The notes beneath the pieces were generated by a model. The model was given only the letters and a program-made list of their open reading frames with translations, did no database searches and was not told the DNA's origin. The position numbers and the translations under genes are program-made. DNA of 64,000 nt from Sphyrna mokarran (Eukaryota), in assembly GCA_024679065.1 (NCBI GenBank), contig JAGIQG010000040.1:6262001-6326000 (forward strand), given 5' to 3'. The stretch's first letter is position 1; each line of letters starts with the position of its first letter. Shown here one piece after another: positions 48,693 through 61,905 of the stretch.

Positions 48693-51600
48693 GCTTGAAT
48701 TCAGTATGTACTTTGCATTTTAGGGGTAGTACAATGGTTCGCACTGCTGCCTCACAGTTCCTGGGTTCAATTCCCAGCTTGGGTCACTGACTTTCTGAGA
48801 TTTCCGGTTCCTTCCGGAATTTCGTCCCACAGCCCAAAGATGTGCAGATTAGGTTGGCCATGCTAAATTGCCCCTGAGGATCTTGGGATGTATGTGTTAG
48901 AGGGATTATCAGGGTAAGTTGCAGGTAGAGGGCATGGGTGGGATTGGTGTAGACTTGATGGGCCAAACAGCCTCCTTCTGCACTGTAAGGTTTCTATGAT
49001 TCCATGATTTTAAACCTGCAAGCACTGAAACCAAAACCAGCTGTTAAAGGGAGCACATGATGTTTCTTCCTCTCAAACATTCTTTCATTCTTTACATTTT
49101 TACAAATATAACTTCACAGCACTTTGAACAAATAACAATATTATTCAGTTGGCTGCACCCACTACATTGGGAGATTTACAATAATGTATGAAAACTCATT
49201 CTGTTGAATCTGTCACTACAGAAACCCATTGGGACAAATGGATAACAATGGCCTGAATTTTTTTACCTATCGGGACAGTCAATGGGCCCAGAAGTGGCCA
49301 CGAAGCCAACACGTGTGAAACTGATGCTATGTAAGGGTGATTGCTAGCGGGGAGGGCAGGTAGAGGTGGGTGCTGAGGAAAGGAAGGCTGCAGGCTGACC
49401 TTTCCAGTGTGCTTGCTATTGCAAAATTAGAATTTGGTATTGGTGAAATTGAAAACAAATTGTAAAATGCTCTGGGGAAAAGCATTGCGTGGTCCCATTG
49501 GAAGGCAGCACTTTATCTGTACTTAGAGATTTTCAACACCATAGGAATGTAGAGAACCCAAACTGAAATATTTGTATGAAAAGGCCAAGTAGCAGTGTTA
49601 CCAAGACAACAGGCTCTTGAATTTAGCTAATCAATTTGAATCAGGCACTTAGATAGAAGGACAATTGAATCAAAATCTGATGGTTTTGACAACCTAGGGC
49701 CAATATTATTGTTGGAAATATTGATATGTCATCACAGGTAGAAAAGTAGGGAACAGTGGGACAAAGAAGAGAGAACAAGTACCAACTGCAAGAGTTAACA
49801 ACTCTCTGCTCTGCTCTGACTTTCTCTCTCTCTCTTTCTCGCTGGTTCTCTCTCTCTCTCTTACTGTCTCTCTCTCTCTCTCCAGACAGAGACAAAGAGA
49901 GTGATATAGATAGAGACAGAGAGATAGAGTTAGAGACAGAGAGAAAGAGAGAGAGAGAATTGCTGGGTCTTACAGCTTCATCTATGTCTTAGAGAATGCA
50001 CCGTGGAAAGAGCAAAGGTACCAAAGAAGAAAAGATTTCCAGGCAAAAAGATCAACAGAAAAGGCCCAGAACATTCTGGAAGAGGGCAAACCTGGGTGTA
50101 ATTTTGAGGGTGATGAAATTCTATTTTGTTAATGAATGGGAATTGTATTTATCTGAACATCAAACCATTTGAATCTTGTTTATTTGGGAATAGTTAATAG
50201 TTTAGTTAATTTGTTCACTGTTAGCTCGCTAAGTAAATTTTTATGTGTTGATTTTAGAGAGAGCGTCAGCGATTTATTCTTAACCACTAGAAGTTGTGGA
50301 AGATCAGGTCACATCACTTCACACCCACGTTTTACAGATTATATGGCAAGACACTCCTCTGTGGGTGTTTCGGGTTAGTTCTCAAAGGGAGCCTTCACCT
50401 CTGCTTTATAACATCCCTCAGGGGAACAGACAAAGCAGAGCTGTCTCAGGGAGCTCCTGATCCATTGGAAAAATAGCAATTGAAAAATATATATCTGGGC
50501 AGTGTTTGATGACAATGTAATATATATGTACACATATGTATTATTTTTGTATGTTATTTAGAAGTTCAGTTCCTTACTGCAAGTAGTCTTGAGTGAAAAC
50601 AACTCAGATGCTGGAGGAGCAGGATAATTGCTCATTGTAGCCATGTAGTGTTTACTGAGGAGAGAGCCAACAGATGTTTGATAACAAAAATGAAATCTTC
50701 TCTGAGGTTTTAATTAAAGAAATGGGAAGGGGGTTTAGATTGATGGCGTTGTGTGATGCTGTGATTAATGGAAGCAGCTCATCATGTCACAAAGGTCAAA
50801 CACAGCTTTCAGTCCTGGCTGTGGTTTGTTGCAACTGAAAAAAAACTCTCTTTGTAAACTTCAAGACTGAATAAACTACTTTTTGGTTGCTAATAGTATT
50901 TAAAGTTGTTTTTGAATCTTTAAGAACAAAGTTGCGTATTTGGAACTGCAATGATGATAAGTAATAAATGAGAGTTGTTTCTTTTAAATGTTGTTCAATG
51001 GGGAATATTAAAACTGCTTAATTTTTTTGAAGTTAGAGTTGATCTTTGGTATTAAATAAAGTTTGTTTCAATTTAAAAATGTAATGTCATTCAAATACCA
51101 ACTCCCAATCAAGCATCAAAACAATTCTCTTTTATCTCTTTCTTCTTTTATTGTTGTTTTTGTGCTCGTCTGGATAAGTGATGTGTAATGATGTGTTCTC
51201 AGGCCTCATTACAGAAGCATCAATTTACAAAGAAAAGCTTGTACCAAGGTTTGCAGCTTCCTCATCCTCATCAAAAGCAGCTATGAGAGCAGCCCAGCTG
51301 CTGTCCCAGTTCCTACATGTCTTCTATGTGCCATCTAGATATCTCCTGCCAAGAGAGGCCTCCACTCCTCACCATCAGTCCCGATTGGCCCCTCAAGTCA
51401 GCTGACTCTATTCTGCTGTGCTGCCCTGAAGGGAATAATCCCTTTCACAAGATGTTACTGTTCCAAACCCATTCCAGAACTTTACATACCATGTTCAGCA
51501 TGTGCAGAATTTAGTGTTACAATCATAGCTGGGATAGCAATTTACTTCCAGGTAAATCTGATAGTAGCAGGAAAGAAGCTGTTTTTAGTCAGTTGGTATT

Positions 51601-54084
51601 TGACTTCAGACTCTTGTATCTTTTTTCCAATGGAAGAAGATGAAAGAGGGCTTGTCCAGGGTGCATGGGTCCTTAATTATGCTGGCTGCTTTTCTGAGGC
51701 AGCAGGAAGTGCAGGATTCAATATGGCAGGCTGGTTTGCACTATGGACTTTCACAACCCTTTGTAGAGTTTTGTAGTCTTGGTCATAACAAGCTGTCATA
51801 ATATCTTTTGATCATAAGACATTAGACCAAATTAGGCCACTCAGCTCATCGACTCAATCATGGGTGATATTTTCCTATCCTCATTCTCCTGCCCGTTTAC
51901 CCATAACTCCTTATTAATCAGAAACCTATCTATCTCTGTCTTAAGGACAATCAATGACCTCGGCCCCTCCAACAGCCTCAGCACTAAAATATTTCCACAG
52001 GATTCACAATCTCTGGCTGAAGATAATTCTCCTTCATCTCGGTTTTAAAAGGATCGTCCATAGCCTGAGGTGTGCCCTCTGGTTTTTAGATTTCATACAA
52101 ATGGAAACTCCTCTCACCTCCACTATATACAAGGGCTCGCAGCATTCCTGAACTTTCAATAAGATCCCACCCTCATCTTCTAAAACTTCAATGAGTACAG
52201 ACCCACGGGAGTCCTCCGGATATTTTTCTTTTTTTTTTTTTTGAAAAAAAACACGGCCCACCCACGGTGACTGATTCTCTTCTCTGTTGATTGGGAGGTA
52301 ATTGGATTTGGGGGCCGGCTCTCTGGACATTGCCGAAAGTTAAAATGAACTCCAGTCCTCCCTCCCCCCACCACAACCCCCAGCCCCTCTGGGCAGTTGT
52401 GAAACAGCTGAAGAGGCTGGATTTTTTGCTTTCTCACACAGGACCACATTTCTCCTTCCAGGAAAACTTCTTGATTCGATTTTGAAAAAAAAAAAAATCC
52501 ACATTAACTCTGATCAAATCTGCGCATTTTATTCAGTCAAACAGTTTTTGTAGTTTATTTATTAGGGACACAAGTAGACTTATATTAACACTGAATTGCA
52601 GCTACACTGAAAATCCACATTGGCCACACTCTGGAAAATTTATCAAAGCCCACGCATGGATGTCCCACAAATCAATTTTTAAAAATGGGTGGCATTGGCT
52701 GGACAAGCATCTATCACCCATCCCTATTTTCATCTCGAGAAGTTGGTGGTGAGCTGCCTTCTTGAATCGCTGCAGTCCACGTGCTGTGGACTGACCCACA
52801 GTGCCATTAGGGAGGGAATTCCAGGATTTTGACCCAGCGGCTGTGAAGGGATGGCGATATATTTACAAGTCAGGATGATGAGTGGCTTGGAGGGCAACTT
52901 GCAGGTGACAGTGTTCTAATCCATCTGCCGCCCTTGTCCTTCCAGTTGAAAGTGGTCGTGATTTGGAAGATGCTGTTTAAGATCATTGGTGAATTGCTGC
53001 AGTGCATCTTTTAATGGTAGAGACTTCTGCTACTGAGTGTCGAAGGGGGAGGGAGTGAATGCTTTTAGATGTGGTGCCGGTCGAGCGGACTGATTTGTCC
53101 TGGACGGTGCCAAGCTTCTTGGGTGTTGTTGGAACCACAGGCAAGCGGGGAATATTCCATCACACTCTTGACTTGTGCCTTTGGGAAGTCTTTGGGAAGT
53201 CAGGGGTGAGTCTCTCCCCACAGTTGCCCGAGCCTCTAACCTGTGTGTGTAGCCATAGTATTTATGTGGCAAGTGCAGTTGAGTTTCTGGTCAATGGTAA
53301 CAACATGTGCCGAGGACAACAATATTCGTCCAAACTCTTCAGCTAAAAAACCCTTGATTTTGTGAGAGATTGAGAAGCTGTGAAGAGCGAGACTTGCCTT
53401 AGTCACTTGGTGAGGTCCAACTGAGATATCAGACAACATCCAGTTCCCCAACTCCATTATCTCAACCTTCCAATACTTCAGACCATAAGATAAAAAAAAG
53501 CAGAATTAGGCTATTCGGCCCATCAAATCTTTTCCACCATTCAATGATATATTTCTCAACCCCATTGTTCTGCCTCCTCCCCATAATCTTTGATCTTCTT
53601 ACCAATCAAGAACTTATCTATTTCTGTATTAAGAACACTCAATGACCTGGCCTCCACAGCTTTCTGTGACAATAAGTTCCACAGATTCACCACCTTCTGG
53701 CTGAAGAAATTCCTCCTCATCGCGATTCTAAAGAGTTGTCCCTTTACTCTGAGGCTGTACCCAAGGAACAAAAACAAAGAACAAAGAACAAAACAGCACG
53801 GGAAACAGGCCCTTCGGCCCAACAAGCCTGCGCCACCACCCCGATGTTCCCACCTCTACCCGCAATCCCTGTCCATGTTTGTAGATCTCTGGATTAAAAA
53901 CCAAATTTGAGACAATTTAGGGAGAATTTGTTTTGCCAATTCGCCTAAGAGCACATCTTTGGGATGTGGGAAGAAACCGGAGCTCCCGGAGAAAACCCTG
54001 TTCTCCCAGAGGAGACCAGTCTCTCCGACTAATGGAAACATCTTCCACACATCCAGTCTATCCAGGATTTTCTTTATTCTAAAA

Positions 54085-55633
54085 TTAGTTAAGGAATTTG
54101 AACAGGAGAATGAATGGATATTTCACCATGTTCAGCATCTCTTCCCGGAACCTCCTCTGGGTCAATATATAAATGCATGTGTTCGTACAGGTGCTGGAAT
54201 ACATCATCAGGAGTGAGATTCTCATCATCAAGTGAAGCCAACCGGCACCTTCCAAACTAGACATCTCGGTGAAGTCAAACAGGAGGTCCAGTATTACGAT
54301 TGGCATCCACAGAACCATAACGCTCCCGGAGACAGTGAAGAGCAGGACGATAGTTGTTCTTCTGCTCTTCAACACGGGGTCACTGCTGCCCTCCCCAGGG
54401 CCGTGAGCCTTCAGGGCCCTGCGAGACTTATTGGCCACCAAGATGTGCCGGACAGGGAGAGAATTCAACAGCAATAACAAGGGGAATGGCACCAATGGCA
54501 CTGAGAGACTAGCCACCCACTTATAAGCTCTCCATGCTCGTGAAGAATAATAATCTTTCACTGTGCGGCAGCCCCACTGCACATTGGCAACAAGAGAGTA
54601 GGGTTCATAAAGAAAATAGACCGGAATATTCATGACAAAACTGAGTACACTCACAGCCGTTAGAATCACAGTGGCAGTTCGCTTGGTGCAATATTTTAAT
54701 TTTAGTTTTGGACAAGAAATGGCTACAAAACGGTCAAGGGTAAATAATGTTGTGGACCAGACAGACAACTGGACGCTGAATACTTGCATGAAAGCTTCGA
54801 CACGGCACACACTGGTGTAGATCAGGAAGGAATAGGCAAAATGAGAGCGAAAGATGCCGACAAGGGGGACATTAAAAACGCAGACCAGGAGATCGGCAAT
54901 CGCCATGGTGATCATATAACAGGTGATCCCTTTGGAGAGGCCACACCTTCCTCGGGATAGGACCACAATCGCCAGCAGGTTGGCTGTAAGAAATTGGAAA
55001 GAAAATTACTCCTCTATTGCCACACTCTGGTGCCTGTTTGGGGATACACTGAGGGAGAAATTAACATTACCCGTGCAACTAACCAGTATGTGTTTCAGAC
55101 TGTATGGGGAAAGCGGAGCATCCGGTGGAAATGCGTGCAGAGAGTGAACAACGTGCAGTCTCCACACAGATATTCAGCCAACCGGGGAATGGAACCCAGT
55201 GAGACAACAGGGCGAAACACCGTGCCATCGTCTCACCACCGCACTAACATCATTAACACTGTGAGTTTACAGGCAAACTGAGGTCAAGTGGACCACACTG
55301 CACATTAAATAGCAGTTGCAACCAAGACAGATTCCATGTATTTCTCTGCAACCCACCCAGATGTCAGGGTCCTCTGTGAATCACAGCATCCTGTGATCCA
55401 CAAATCCATGCAAAGAAGGAAAAGTAGGATCCTGTTCTTGGCAAAACTGTCACCAGAAGCTGGAGCAGTGATGGTCAATGTGGAATCAGCAACAGAGAGA
55501 AAGGGGAAAGAAAAAGACAAAACCAGGACTTTCTAAAATAAATAATTGTTCCCTGTTACTCACCAGGGATACTGATAATGACAAGAATTGGATAACCAAT
55601 CACAGTGATGTCTACAGATTTGGTTGCTCCCAT
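54085..55633 (-). CDS. Second copy of the GPR139/GPR142-like GPCR; exon 1 55633-55564, exon 2 54983-54085
   Basis: Same structure, 4 aa differences from copy 1. Confidence 0.8.
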
Positions 55634-58349
55634 TTTACACGAAGATTATTGAAACTTCCCGAGAGCAAACTCAACTGGTGATCTGTGTAATGCATTGGAA
55701 ACAGCACACAAATTTATACCTGAACCAATCCTCCAATGTCTCGGTGAAGTTACCTAACAGTTGCCAGCGGGGACACAGACAATCCAACAAACATCATTAA
55801 TGAAATGATTTTCAGGTCAGCAGATAATTTCATCACTAGTAATAATAATTTGGAGAGTCGCGGGTTCACTGTTCCCCTGGCTTTTAGACTGCAGCTCATC
55901 ACAGCATCTTGACCTGATCAGGGTGCTTTTGAGAATTATGTTCTCTTGATATTCCTCATAATCCAATAGCCTTTCATACCATGAGACCACAAGAAGCAGA
56001 TTAGGCCACTCAGTCCATCGAATCCGCTTCACCATTCCATCATGTCTGATCGGTTTCTCAACCCAATTCTCCCGTAACCTTTGACTCTGTTGCCAGTCAA
56101 GAACCTATTATCTCTGTCTTAATTACATTGATTGAACCTTCCTCTCCACACAGCCTTCTGTGGGAATGAATTCCACAGATTCACCAATCTCTAGCTGAGG
56201 AAATTCCCCCTCATCTCATTTCTGACGGGTTGTCCCTTCCCTCTGAGGTCGTGCCCTTGGGTCCCTGTCTCCCTTAATAATGGAGGCTTCTTCTACACAT
56301 CCACTCTATCCAGGCCTTTCAGTATTCTGTTACTCACTGCAGGAATAGGACAGGCATTAACGTGACTCTCCCGCTCGATTGTGTGCAGTTCAATCGCTCT
56401 TTGTCCGCACTATACTTGTCCATGAAAGAACTCCTGCCTCAATTTTCTCACAATCTGTTTAATGACAAGTAACGTGTGCTTAGAGGAGACATAAATTTGA
56501 AATGTCTGTCACCCACTCAGAGGATAAAGAACAATTTGAATCAAACAACATAAAATTCACTCTGCAAAGTCTGCAAAACTCAAATAAACTGCAATATCTA
56601 ACTTATACTCCAACATTCAGATTTAACACGAGGTACATGTCCACACAAAGAAACATAGAAATAAAAGAAATAGGAGCAGGATGAGGGCACTTGGCCCTTC
56701 GAACACTTTCAAGGAGCTGTGAACCTGTATCCCGAGATTTTATTGTTCAGTAACTCTCCCCAATACCCTCCCATTAACTGAGGATTTTTTCATGCCATGT
56801 CCGTCTCCCGCTCCGATTCCAGTGACAGGCAGGCTGGTGAAGCATGAAGGTGGTGAAATATAAAGCTGGCCGAGCAGAGAGCTGGTCACTCCCTCTTCAG
56901 GCTTGAGAAGTGACAGTTGTTAACAACTCTTTTCCCTTTTGTCTAATCTTTTATATCTGCGATGACCTATCAATTTTCCTACAATTGGATTGGTCTGATT
57001 TTTTTCATCATCAAATTCAAATTTTAAACGTTCTTGGTGGCTGAGTGCTTGATTTAAATTATTTGGACAAAATTGAAACATTTAAATGCCTGAAGCCTGT
57101 TACCAAGGCAACCTTGCTTTCTGGCCTTGGAAACAAATATTTCAAGCTTGAATTCAGTATGTACTTTGCATTTTAGGGGTAGTACAGTGGCACAATGGTT
57201 CGCACTGCTGCCTCACAGTTCCAGGGACCTGGGTTCAATTCCCAGCTTGGGTCACTGACTTTCTGAGATTTATACATTCTCCCTTCCGGTTCCTTCCGGA
57301 GTTTCCTCCCACAGCCCAAAGATGTTTAGGGAACTTGGAGACCTGGATCTTCAAAAGTAAAAGTAAACCTGTCCTGAGGGAGACAGATTTTTAATGAGAT
57401 GTGACTGACAGCAGTCACTGACATTTGGTTAGCTTGCTGGAAAATCCATGGAATTTGTCTTGGTTGCATCTCCTGTTTAATGTGCAGTGTGGTGTGCTTG
57501 GCCATTTTTCTCAGAGATTGTCTTCACACAGTGTCACAGTGTTTCATGGAGTATTTTTGTCTGTGAACAGTGATATATGAATGACAAGTTCTCTAATGCA
57601 TTCACCTGTGGTGAATTCTAATGCTCCAAGTTAGCCTGAGGAAATGTCCAGTAATTTAACTGTATTGGCGGTAGTCAATGGAATGTGATTGGAGTCCCTA
57701 ATTTGTTAGTGGAATTACTCCTGGAGTGAAGCACACAATCCTCACATTAATGCCAATACACAAAACTTGCTGGGGTCTAATCTGGCTTCCTGATGTAATT
57801 TGGGATTCTGTCCCAGGGCACGAACACATCATCATACACTGAGCTCAGTCCCCAGACACGTTGGTGAATTTATTTGAGCCCTCAGCTTTCACTGTGCCCT
57901 GGATCCAGGATGCAGCTTAACTGTTAAAAGCTGCCTTGTCAATCAGAACACCCACCCACTGCAAAGACAGAAGGACAATATAAATTCTGGTTCATTGGTG
58001 ATTAATTAATTTGAATAGTATTTTTGGTTGTTGGTGGGTGCATTGGTGGGTGTATGTCTGACACTCACACACGTCCAAGATCAAAAATATTGCTTTCAGA
58101 CTTCACTTTAAGTTTTACTTGTTTATTAATATCATGAGTAAGGCTTGTATTAACACTGTAATGAAGCTCCTGTGAAAATCCCCTAGTCGTAACACTCCAG
58201 CGCCTGTTCGGCTACACTGAAGGAAAATTTAGCATGGCACTGCACCTAATCTATTATTGTTATTAATAATAATTATTATTACTATTATAAGCTGTTATTG
58301 AGTCAGTTAATACATGACCTCAGACTTTTTAAAACTTTCTTTGTGGTTA

Positions 58350-58870
58350 CCTAGTTACAGGAAGGATGTATATATATAAGGTTGAAAGAGTACAGAGAAA
58401 GTTCACGAGGATGTTGCCGGGACTTGAGAAGTTGAGTTACAGAGAGAGATTGAATAGGTTAGGACTTTATTCCCAGGAGCGTAGAAGAATGAGGGGAGAT
58501 TTGATAGAGGTGTATAAGATTTTGATGGGTATAGATAGAGTGAATGCAAGCAGGCTTTTTCCACTGAGGTTAGGGGAGAAAAAAAACCAGAGGGCATGGG
58601 TTAAGGGTGAAAGGAGAAAAGTTTAAAGGGAATATTAGGGGGGAATTCTTCATGCAGAGAGTGGTGGGAGTGTGGAATGAGCTGCCGGATAAAGTGGTAA
58701 ATGTAGGGTCACTTTTAACATTTAAAATAAACTTGGACGTGTTTATGGATGAGAGGGGTGTGGAGGGATATGGTCCAAGTGCAGGACAGTGGGACTAGGC
58801 AAAAAATGGTCCAGCACAGACAAGAAAGGCCAAAAGGCCTGTTTCTGAGCTGTAATTTTCTATGATTCTA
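58350..58870 (+). mobile_element. CR1 LINE 3' fragment
   Basis: ERVQRKFTRMLPGL..RGDLIEVYK..QRVVGVWNELP; tail TTCTATGATTCTA. Confidence 0.88.
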
Positions 58871-58949
58871 ACCATAGGAAAGGAAACTGGTTGACCTAGA
58901 GGAAACCTGTTCTAAATAAAGATCAAGAGACATCCCTGGGAATCAATTG

Positions 58950-59485
58950 ATTTCAGCATATTTCATGGCTCACTGGTCTTACTTCTGAGCTTCTGGGGAT
59001 TCTGTAAATGTATAAATTGTGCATGTCTTTTCTTTTGATCCACAGGTGATTCGGTCCGCTTTGTTCTCCAACAAGGGGCATATACACAATGGGTCGTGCG
59101 AGGGCTGCTCTCAGGATGTTGCTTTGAGAATTGCCTAGTGCTTCACGTCGTTCGTGTACGCTTAAACTGGACCAGTTGACGGGCAACACGACAGCTCAGT
59201 GACCATCACTGTTTGCTGTGCAGATACACGGATTTGGGCCGGTGTCTGCTGGAGTTTGCACATTCTCCCCGTGGGTTTTCTCCTGTGCTCTGGTTTCTTC
59301 CCAAACCCCAAAAACGTGCTCTTAGGCTGATTGGTGTTAACAAATTGTCCCTAAATTAGTCTCCCCTCTATCTTCCCCAATAAGCGTAGACAAAGGTCAT
59401 GGTTGAAGAGGGCAGTCATAATGTTAAAATGGCGGCGGGGGCTTGTTGGACTGAAGAGCCTGTTTCCCGTGCTGTGCTGTTCTTA
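58950..59485 (+). mobile_element. Diverged 3' UTR of the V-SINE-tailed LINE family
   Basis: Reverse-complement similarity to 37307-37830 (CTAGTGCTTCACGTCGTT..GGGCAACACGACAGCTCAGTGAC). Confidence 0.75.
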
Positions 59486-59562
59486 AACCCACGCAGACAT
59501 GGGGAAAGCGTGCAAACTCCACAAAGACTGTGATCAAAGCCGGGAGTCAAACCTGAGTCCCT

Positions 59563-60163
59563 GTCACTGTGAGACAGCAGTTCTAACCACTGTGTCAGTG
59601 TGAGACAGCAGTGCTGAGTCACTGTGAGGAAGCAGTGCTGACCACTGTCCCTGTTAGACAGCAGTGCTAACAACTGTCCCTGTTAGATAGCAGTGCTAAC
59701 AACTGTCCCTGTTAGACAGCAGTGCTAACAACTGTCCCTGTTAGATAGCAGTGCTAACAACTGTCCCTGTGAGGCAGCAGTGCTAACAACTGTCCCTGTG
59801 AGGCAGCAGTGCTAACAACTGTCCCTGTGAGGCAGCAGTGCTAACAACTGTCCCTGTTAGATAGCAGTGCAACAACTGTCCCTGTTAGATAGCAGTGCTA
59901 ACAACTGTCCCTGTGAGGCAGCAGTGCTAACAACTGTCCCTGTGAGGCAGCAGTGCTAATAACTGTCCCTGTGAGGCAGCAGTGCTAACAACTGTCCCTG
60001 TGAGGCAGCAGTGCTAACAACTGTCCCTGTTAGATAGCAGTGCTAACAACTGTCCCTGTTAGATAGCAGTGCTAACAACTGTCCCTGTGAGGCAGCAGTG
60101 CTAACAACTGTCACTGTGAGGCAGCAGTGCTAACAACTGTCCCTGTGAGGCAGCAGTGTTAAC
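59563..60163. repeat. 29-bp minisatellite (~20 units) derived from a SINE head
   Basis: Unit CTGTCCCTGTGAGGCAGCAGTGCTAACAA with a TTAGAT variant. Confidence 0.93.
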
Positions 60164-60179
60164 CGTCAGGCAAAGGCCA

Positions 60180-60292
60180 CAGAGTCGAAAGCTTACAAGT
60201 TTATTATCAAATAAATTGGTCGGATTTAAAACTGATGTTATCAGACTTCTTACTGTGTTTACCCCAGTCCAACGCCAGCATCTCCACATCAT
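60180..60292 (+). mobile_element. Penelope-like terminal fragment
   Basis: CGAAAGCTTAC..AGACTTCTTACTGTGTTTACCCCAGTCCAACGCCAGCATCTCCACATCAT; related to 4476-4545. Confidence 0.55.
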
Positions 60293-60879
60293 CACTGTGA
60301 TGCAGCAGTGCTGACCACTGTATCACTGTGAGGAAACAGTTGCTAATCACTATGTTGCTGTGCAGCATTCCAGACATTTCTTTTTATAATTTCACACATT
60401 TATGAGTTGGGTGCATGTCTGAATTTGGAATGTAAATCTCTGGCAGTTCTGTAGTAATAACATCTTGTGCTGGTTTTTATGACACAGAGGTTAATTCCCT
60501 TTATCTCGCATCATAATCTGCTATAATGTTTTGGGAAAGTGGCATCTGTTCTTCATTAAAGTTTAGAAGCTCATTAATCTAAAGGCCTGACACTTGCTTT
60601 GTGTGACTAATTAACGAGGCGTTTTATTTAAATAACCAGGAACTTCAACTAAATGAATAAAATATTAACCAAATTAATTTCAACTGAAATGCTGTTCAAA
60701 TAAAACAAGAAACATTCATTACCCAAAACAGTAATAATGGAAGCTTAGCCACTCTCTCTCCCTCTTTCTCTCTCTCTCTATACCCTGGTCAGATAACGGT
60801 CAGAAATGTTGAAGTCTTCAGTAGTTAATTCTTGGCTTGGGTCACCATAAATACTTATAAAAACTGTCTATAAGGTTTC

Positions 60880-61210
60880 CATAGAACTATAGAACCCTAC
60901 AGTGCAGAAAGAAGCCATTCAGCCCATCGAGTCTGAATTCCACACAGGCTCTACCCTCATATCCCTACATATTTACCCACTAATTCCTCTAACTTACATA
61001 TCTCAGGACACTAAGGGGCAATTTTAGCATGGTCAATCAACCTAATATGCACATCTTTGGATTGTGGGAGGAAACCAGAGCACCCAGAAGAAACCCATGT
61101 AGACACGAGAAGAATGTGCAAACTCCACACAGACAGATTCCGAGCTGGGAATTGAACCCAGGTCCCTGGAACTGTAAAGCAGCAGTGCTAACCACTGTGC
61201 TATGGTGCCA
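60880..61210 (-). mobile_element. HE1/V-SINE-type SINE
   Basis: Head at ~61200, V-domain core, CR1-type tail at ~60880. Confidence 0.82.
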
Positions 61211-61629
61211 TTTTCTGATTTGGTATCCATAGTTTTGATAGTTAGATAACTCTTTTAAGAGATATTAAACTAGCAGAATGAAGTGCTGCTCTAGAGAAGA
61301 ATATTTGCTGTTCCACTGGCTGCACTGGCTCTGGAGATGTTCGTCCAAGATGTTCTCCCTTGTAATAGCTGTTGCTTTGACCTTTATACTTGTGATGACC
61401 TCACAATTTTCTTGTACCATGACTGGTTTGATGTTGTCAAGTTCAACACAATCAGCACAAGATGTTATTACCACAGAATTGCCAGAGCTTTACGTTCTTA
61501 GTCCAGACATGCGGCCAACTCAAAACACTATCGAATGCAAATCTGATAGGTTCTTAATAGAGGTTTACAGCATGGAGACAGTCCCTTCCATTCCTTTTTA
61601 AACTCTGAAGCTAGTCCCAATTTCCCGCA

Positions 61630-61905
61630 AGTTTATTTATTAGCCTCAAGTAGGCGTACATTAACACTGCAATGAAGTTACTGTGAAAATTCACTAATCT
61701 GATGCCTGTTTGGGAGCACTGAGGGAGAATTTTACATGACCAATGCATCCTAATCAGCACATCAATCAGAAAGTGGATCATCTGATGGAAACCCACATAG
61801 ATACAGGGAGAAAGTGTAGGCTTTGCACAGATAGTGATCCAAGCCAAGAATTGGACCTATGTCCCTGGTGCTGTGAAGCAGCAGTGTCACCTACTGTGCC
61901 ACCAT
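61630..61905 (-). mobile_element. V-SINE with alternative (TAAA)n-ending tail
   Basis: Same head and core but the 3' end reads GCAGTGTTAATGTACGCCTACTTGAGGCTAATAAATAAAC. Confidence 0.7.

Larger units (their letters stand above)
35953..57325. repeat. ~9.92-kb tandem duplication: 35953-45874, 45875-55794, partial third copy 55795-57325
   Basis: ORF track and sequence recur at an offset of ~9880-9920 with near identity. Confidence 0.95.

Noticed and set aside
59563-60163. CRISPR-like regular repeats
   Set aside because: No unique spacers; eukaryotic SINE-derived minisatellite
61265-61601. Overlapping 69-aa and 107-aa ORFs
   Set aside because: No recognisable domain, splice context or paralogue support
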